A stretch of DNA of 64,000 bases from Alphaproteobacteria bacterium (GTDB taxonomy: Bacteria > Pseudomonadota > Alphaproteobacteria > GCA-2731375): the NCBI GenBank assembly GCA_965225945.1, contig CBDDBZ010000039.1:416001-480000 (forward strand), read 5' to 3'. Position numbers and translations under genes: made by a program. Positions within the stretch are counted from its first letter, which is position 1. Every line of letters begins with the position of its first letter. This document shows, one piece after another, positions 59,875-64,000 of the stretch. The notes under the pieces were generated by a model. That model saw only the letters and a program-made list of their open reading frames with translations. It did not search any database and had not been told where the DNA came from.

Positions 59875-60801
59875 TCAGCGGGGATAATCCAGCCCCATTT
59901 CCCGGTAGCGCTCGGGATCGTCGGTCCAATCGGGGCGGACCTTGACGAAGAAGAAGAGGTGGATCCGGCGATCGAAGACCCGTTGCATCTCCTCCCGCGC
60001 CAGCGCGCCGATCCGCTTCGCCGTCTCGCCCCGCTTCCCGAGGATGATGCCCTTATGCCCGTCCCGGGAAACGTAGATCACCTGCTCGATGCGCGCCGAG
60101 CCGTCCTTCAGATCGCGCCACGCCTCGGTCTCCACCGTCAGTGCGTAAGGCAACTCCTGGCGGAGCTCCAGGAACAACCGCTCGCGCGTGATCTCGGCCG
60201 CCAGCAGCCGCTCGGGGATATCGGCGAGTTGGTCCTCCGGATAGAGCCAGACGCTTTCCGGCATCTGGGCGGCGAGATGCGCCTCCAGGTCCGCCACGCC
60301 GTCGCCGTTCAGCGCCGAGATCATGAAGATATCGGAGAAGATGGCTTGGGCGTCGTACTCGGCGGCGAGTTCCAGCAGGCTCGCGCGGGGCACCGTGTCG
60401 ACCTTGTTCAGCGCCAGGACGGCCCGGCCGCCGGCCCGCTTCAAGCCGGCGATGATCGAGCCCGTGTCGCCCGCCCGGCGGCGCTTGGCGTCGACCAGCA
60501 GCAGGACCAGGTCGGCAGCCTCCGCCCCGCCCCAGGCGGCCCGCACCATCGCCCGCTCCAGCCGCTTCTTGGCCTGGCGGAAGATCCCCGGCGTGTCGAC
60601 GAAGATGAGCTGCGTGCGGCCCCGGATCGCGATCGCCGTGACCCGCGCCCGGGTCGTCTGCACCTTGGGCGTGACGATCGAGACCTTCTGCCCGACCAGG
60701 CGGTTAACCAGCGTGGACTTGCCCGCGTTGGGGGCGCCGACGACGGCGACGTGGCCGCAGCGCGTCGGCCCGTCGTCGGTCGGGGCCGCCGCTTCATTCA
60801 C
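59875..60801 (-). CDS. era: GTPase Era
   Basis: GAPNAGKST, KVQTTR, DTPG and NKVD motifs plus a KH domain (IILGKRG). Confidence 0.96.
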   Translation of the reverse strand: MNEAAAPTDDGPTRCGHVAVVGAPNAGKSTLVNRLVGQKVSIVTPKVQTTRARVTAIAIRGRTQLIFVDTPGIFRQAKKRLERAMVRAAWGGAEAADLVLLLVDAKRRRAGDTGSIIAGLKRAGGRAVLALNKVDTVPRASLLELAAEYDAQAIFSDIFMISALNGDGVADLEAHLAAQMPESVWLYPEDQLADIPERLLAAEITRERLFLELRQELPYALTVETEAWRDLKDGSARIEQVIYVSRDGHKGIILGKRGETAKRIGALAREEMQRVFDRRIHLFFFVKVRPDWTDDPERYREMGLDYPR

Positions 60802-61465
60802 CGAGCGTCTCCAACATGTCGACCGCCGCCGCCTGTTCCGCCGCGCGCTTGGAGCGGCCCCCGCCCCGGCTGCCGTCGCCATCCTCCAGCCGCACCTCGA
60901 CCGTGAACCGACGTTCGTGCGGCGGCCCGGAGGTCTCGACCAGGACATAGCTCGGCGGCGGCCCGCCATCGCGCTGCGCGCGCTCCTGCAGCCGGGTCTT
61001 GGGATCCTTCCGCGCCTCCGCCGCGCGCGCCAGCCGCCGCGCCCAGAGCTCGCGCACGACGGTCTTGGCGACCTCGAAGCCGGCATCGAGATAGACCGCG
61101 CCCAGCACCGCCTCCAAGGCGTTGGCCAGGATCGCGTTCTTGTCGCGCCCGCCGCCCTGGGCCTCGCCGCTCGCCAGGGTAAGCACCCGGCCGAGTTCGA
61201 TCTCGCGCGCCACCTCGGCCACGGTTTCCTTGCGCACGAGGGCGTTGAAGCGGACCGCCATGCCGCCGGCGTTGGCGGTTTCATCCGCCCGATAGACCTC
61301 GCCCGCGACCACCAGACCCAGGACCCGGTCGCCGAGGAACTCCAGCCGCTCATAGTCGCGACGCGGGCCTTGTCCGGAGCCGTAGCTCGGATGGGTGAGC
61401 GCCTCGCTCAGCAGTGTCGGATCACGAAATTGGTGGCCGAGCCGCCGCTCGAAATCCGTTGTCAT
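60794..61465 (-). CDS. rnc: Ribonuclease III
   Basis: ALTHPS, YERLEFLGDRVLGL, and dsRBD DPKTRLQE...GPPHERRF motifs. Confidence 0.96.
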   Translation of the reverse strand: MTTDFERRLGHQFRDPTLLSEALTHPSYGSGQGPRRDYERLEFLGDRVLGLVVAGEVYRADETANAGGMAVRFNALVRKETVAEVAREIELGRVLTLASGEAQGGGRDKNAILANALEAVLGAVYLDAGFEVAKTVVRELWARRLARAAEARKDPKTRLQERAQRDGGPPPSYVLVETSGPPHERRFTVEVRLEDGDGSRGGGRSKRAAEQAAAVDMLETLGE

Positions 61466-61498
61466 CTCTTGTGCCAAAGGACATGAACCTCATCGACA

Positions 61499-62296
61499 TC
61501 AGCCGATCATGGAAAAAATTCGACGAAAGCGGATGGCTCGAGGCCACTTCCAGATCTCCCAGAGGGCGGCCGAATAGTCGGTCGAGAAGAACATCACGTC
61601 GGCCCTGCCCACCAGATTTTCGGCCGGAATGTAGCCGACCCCGCCATGGCGGGGCGCCACGCGACTGTCGATCGAGTTGTCCCGATGGTCGCCCATGGCG
61701 AAATAATGCCCCTTGGGCACGGTGAAGACCCCGGTGTCGTCGAGCTCGCCATTCGGAACGAGGTCGAGGGTATCGTGGCTCACGCCGTTCGGCAGGGTCT
61801 CCCGGTAGCGGGTGATCTCGCGGGCGCGGCCGTAGCTGTCGTGGTCGACGAAGGGCGCGATCCGCTCGCGCCGCACCGGCGCGCCGTTGATGTGCAGGAC
61901 GCCCCGCTTCACCTGGATGCGATCGCCGGGCAGGCCGACGATGCGCTTGATGTAGTCGGTCTCGTTGTCGCGGGGCAGCTTGAAGACGGCGACGTCGCCG
62001 CGCTCCGGCACGCTCTCGAGGATTCGTCCCGCTCCCAGGGGTGGGCTCAGGATCACCGAGTGGCGGGAATATCCGTAGCTGAACTTGGAGACAAAGATGT
62101 AGTCGCCGACCAGCAGGGTCGGCAGCATCGATTCCGAGGGTATGTTGAAGGGTTCGTAGGCGACGGTGCGGATCACCAGCGCGATGGCAAGGGCGTAGAC
62201 GATGGTCGTGACGAAGCCGCGAATGCCCTCCTTGGCCTTCGCCGGCGCGGCCACCGACGTCTCCTCGGGCGCGCCGTCTCGGGGCTGCTCGGTCAT
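61499..62296 (-). CDS. lepB: Signal peptidase I
   Basis: [25 protein letters not shown] and [11 protein letters not shown] motifs. Confidence 0.96.
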   Translation of the reverse strand: MTEQPRDGAPEETSVAAPAKAKEGIRGFVTTIVYALAIALVIRTVAYEPFNIPSESMLPTLLVGDYIFVSKFSYGYSRHSVILSPPLGAGRILESVPERGDVAVFKLPRDNETDYIKRIVGLPGDRIQVKRGVLHINGAPVRRERIAPFVDHDSYGRAREITRYRETLPNGVSHDTLDLVPNGELDDTGVFTVPKGHYFAMGDHRDNSIDSRVAPRHGGVGYIPAENLVGRADVMFFSTDYSAALWEIWKWPRAIRFRRIFSMIG

Positions 62297-62727
62297 GATC
62301 GCTCGGAGGCCTCCGGCAGCAGAGAAATGATCACCAAGGCTTGCGCCAACGGCGGCTCGTCGGTGAGCGAGACTTCGATCCGCGCCGTCATGCCCGGAGG
62401 CGTCATCTCGGCCAGACGATCCCTGGCGCCACCGGTGAGCGCCACGCTCGGCTTCCCACCCACCAGATTGACCACGCCGATATCGACCTGGAACACACCC
62501 CGGCGAAAGCCCGTGCCGAGCGCCTTGGCGCAAGCCTCCTTGGCGGCCCAGCGCCGGGCGTAGGAGGCGCCGCGATTGCGCCGGCGGTCCGAGCGCTCGC
62601 GCTCGATGGAGGTGAAGCAGCGTTTGGTGAACCGATCCCCGAAACGATCGATGGTCGCCTCGATGCGCCGAATATCGGTGATGTCGATCCCGACGCCGAC
62701 GATACCGGGTAGAGTGAACGCCTCCAT
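62293..62727 (-). CDS. acpS: Holo-ACP synthase
   Basis: [23 protein letters not shown] and VSLTD motifs. Confidence 0.94.
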   Translation of the reverse strand: MEAFTLPGIVGVGIDITDIRRIEATIDRFGDRFTKRCFTSIERERSDRRRNRGASYARRWAAKEACAKALGTGFRRGVFQVDIGVVNLVGGKPSVALTGGARDRLAEMTPPGMTARIEVSLTDEPPLAQALVIISLLPEASERS

Positions 62728-62744
62728 GGAGCCGTCGCCCCGCC

Positions 62745-63503
62745 TCACGCGGAGCGGCTGCCGGTAACCTCGGCGCGCGCCTGGTCCATCAGCGCCCGCA
62801 TGCGTTTGATGGAGCTGTCGAGACCGCCGAAGATCGCCTCGCCGACCAGGAAGTGACCGATATTAAGCTCGACGATGGTCGCAATTGCGGCGACGGGCCC
62901 CACGGTCTCGAAGCTGAGGCCGTGACCCGCGTGGCATTCGAGTCCCAGCGCCTCGGCCTGGCGCGCCGCCTCGACCAGGCGTCGGAGTTCGCGATCGCGT
63001 TCCGCGCCCGCCTCGACATCGCAGTAGGTGCCGGTGTGAATTTCCACCACCGGCGCGCCGAGCGCCTCGGCCACCGCGAGCTGCACCGGGTCGGGATCGA
63101 TGAACAGCGAGACCCGGATGCCGGCGCCGGTGAGCTTCTCGATATAGGGCCGGAGGTTGCGGTGTCCCATCGCCGCGTCGAGGCCGCCCTCGGTCGTCAA
63201 CTCCTCCCGCTTCTCTGGCACGAGGCAGCATGCGTGCGGCTGGTGACGGAGCGCGATCTCCAGCATCTCTTCGCTCGCCGCCATCTCGAGGTTGAGCGGC
63301 AGGTCGATCTCTTCCGAGAGGCGGGTGATGTCGGCGTCCGAGATGTGGCGGCGATCCTCGCGAAGATGCGCGGTGATCCCGTCGGCACCCGCCCGCGCGG
63401 CCAGCGCCGCGGCGCGGATCGGGTCCGGATGGCGCCCGCCGCGGGCGTTACGGATCGTCGCGACATGGTCGATGTTCACACCCAGGCGCAGCTTTCCACT
63501 CAT
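62745..63503 (-). CDS. pdxJ: Pyridoxine 5'-phosphate synthase
   Basis: [37 protein letters not shown] and ELNIGHF motifs. Confidence 0.97.
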   Translation of the reverse strand: MSGKLRLGVNIDHVATIRNARGGRHPDPIRAAALAARAGADGITAHLREDRRHISDADITRLSEEIDLPLNLEMAASEEMLEIALRHQPHACCLVPEKREELTTEGGLDAAMGHRNLRPYIEKLTGAGIRVSLFIDPDPVQLAVAEALGAPVVEIHTGTYCDVEAGAERDRELRRLVEAARQAEALGLECHAGHGLSFETVGPVAAIATIVELNIGHFLVGEAIFGGLDSSIKRMRALMDQARAEVTGSRSA

Positions 63504-63539
63504 GCTCGTCACCTCTCTCGGAGCCCGCCGGCCGTCGGA

Positions 63540-63998
63540 TCAAGTATGTGGCACGTCGCCGCCCGAGGCGCCAGCCCTTTCGCGCCGCCGCTCGCGAGCG
63601 CGCGCACGTGCCTTCTGGTAGCCGGCGACCGCGCGTCTGAGCGGAAAATAGAACGCCACCCAGACCACGATGCCGACCGGCAGCGAGCCTACCAGCATCG
63701 GCCAGAAGATGTTCCTGACGGCATCGGCGAAAACCGCGCCGTCGATCTCTGACGCTCGGCGCGACGCCAGGCCGACCACCGCCATCACCCATGTCCCGAC
63801 CTCGTGCCAGAGTTGGTCGAACAGTGCCGCCAAGGTCTCCAACGCCGGCGCGCTCTCGAAATCCATGCCGAGGATCCAGACGCCGACATGGTAGAGCAGC
63901 GCCCAAATGAAGGGAAAAGTCCAGGGATTGCCCACGGCGGTGCCGAGGACCGACGACAGGATGCTGCATCGCGTCAGCCAGGCGGCCAAGCCCGCCAG
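63540..63998 (-). CDS. DUF2062 membrane protein, 5' part outside the window
   Basis: GTAVGNPWTFPFIW and PMLVGS motifs. Usual position upstream of pdxJ. Confidence 0.8.
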   Translation of the reverse strand: MAGLAAWLTRCSILSSVLGTAVGNPWTFPFIWALLYHVGVWILGMDFESAPALETLAALFDQLWHEVGTWVMAVVGLASRRASEIDGAVFADAVRNIFWPMLVGSLPVGIVVWVAFYFPLRRAVAGYQKARARARERRRERAGASGGDVPHT

Positions 63999-64000
63999 GA

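Noticed and set aside
60794-61465. RNase III has Asn (LANALE) at a position that is usually an acidic metal ligand
   Set aside because: The signature ERLEFLGD and the downstream Glu are intact, and I recall this substitution as a natural variant, so it is not evidence of inactivation.

Overview
High-GC chromosomal DNA, most likely from an alphaproteobacterium (Rhodospirillales-like gene order; this is an inference). Core blocks are corC-aroB-aroK / xerD-lgt-methyltransferase-pgeF (0-9 kb), dinG-terB and tkt-gap-pgk-fba-thiE (22.7-33.5 kb), and DUF2062-pdxJ-acpS-lepB-rnc-era-recO-parC (56.6-64 kb). These alternate with accessory stretches rich in redox and catabolic enzymes: three luciferase-like oxidoreductases, a Ddn-type F420 enzyme, a Baeyer-Villiger monooxygenase, an amidase, MaoC-CitE and Ltp-DUF35. 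There is also a GldA/F/G-DUF4340 ABC module. I found no rRNA, tRNA or CRISPR array. The most notable structure not explained by the ORF track is: (1) a half-length class II aldolase relic (LDHG changed to LDCG) between pgk and the class I aldolase; (2) both ends of a MetE-II-like gene left flanking an acetamidase that replaced its middle; (3) an IS66 placed at the frameshift site of an IS630, with no target duplication and a rhodanese 3' remnant on the other side; (4) a cluster of putative F420-dependent enzymes; (5) a 21-aa membrane sORF ending in an in-phase -1 slippery heptamer upstream of a flavoprotein; and (6) several other gene relics. All family assignments come from motif recognition by eye, not from database searches. 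I cannot claim a verified novel system, only ranked candidates.
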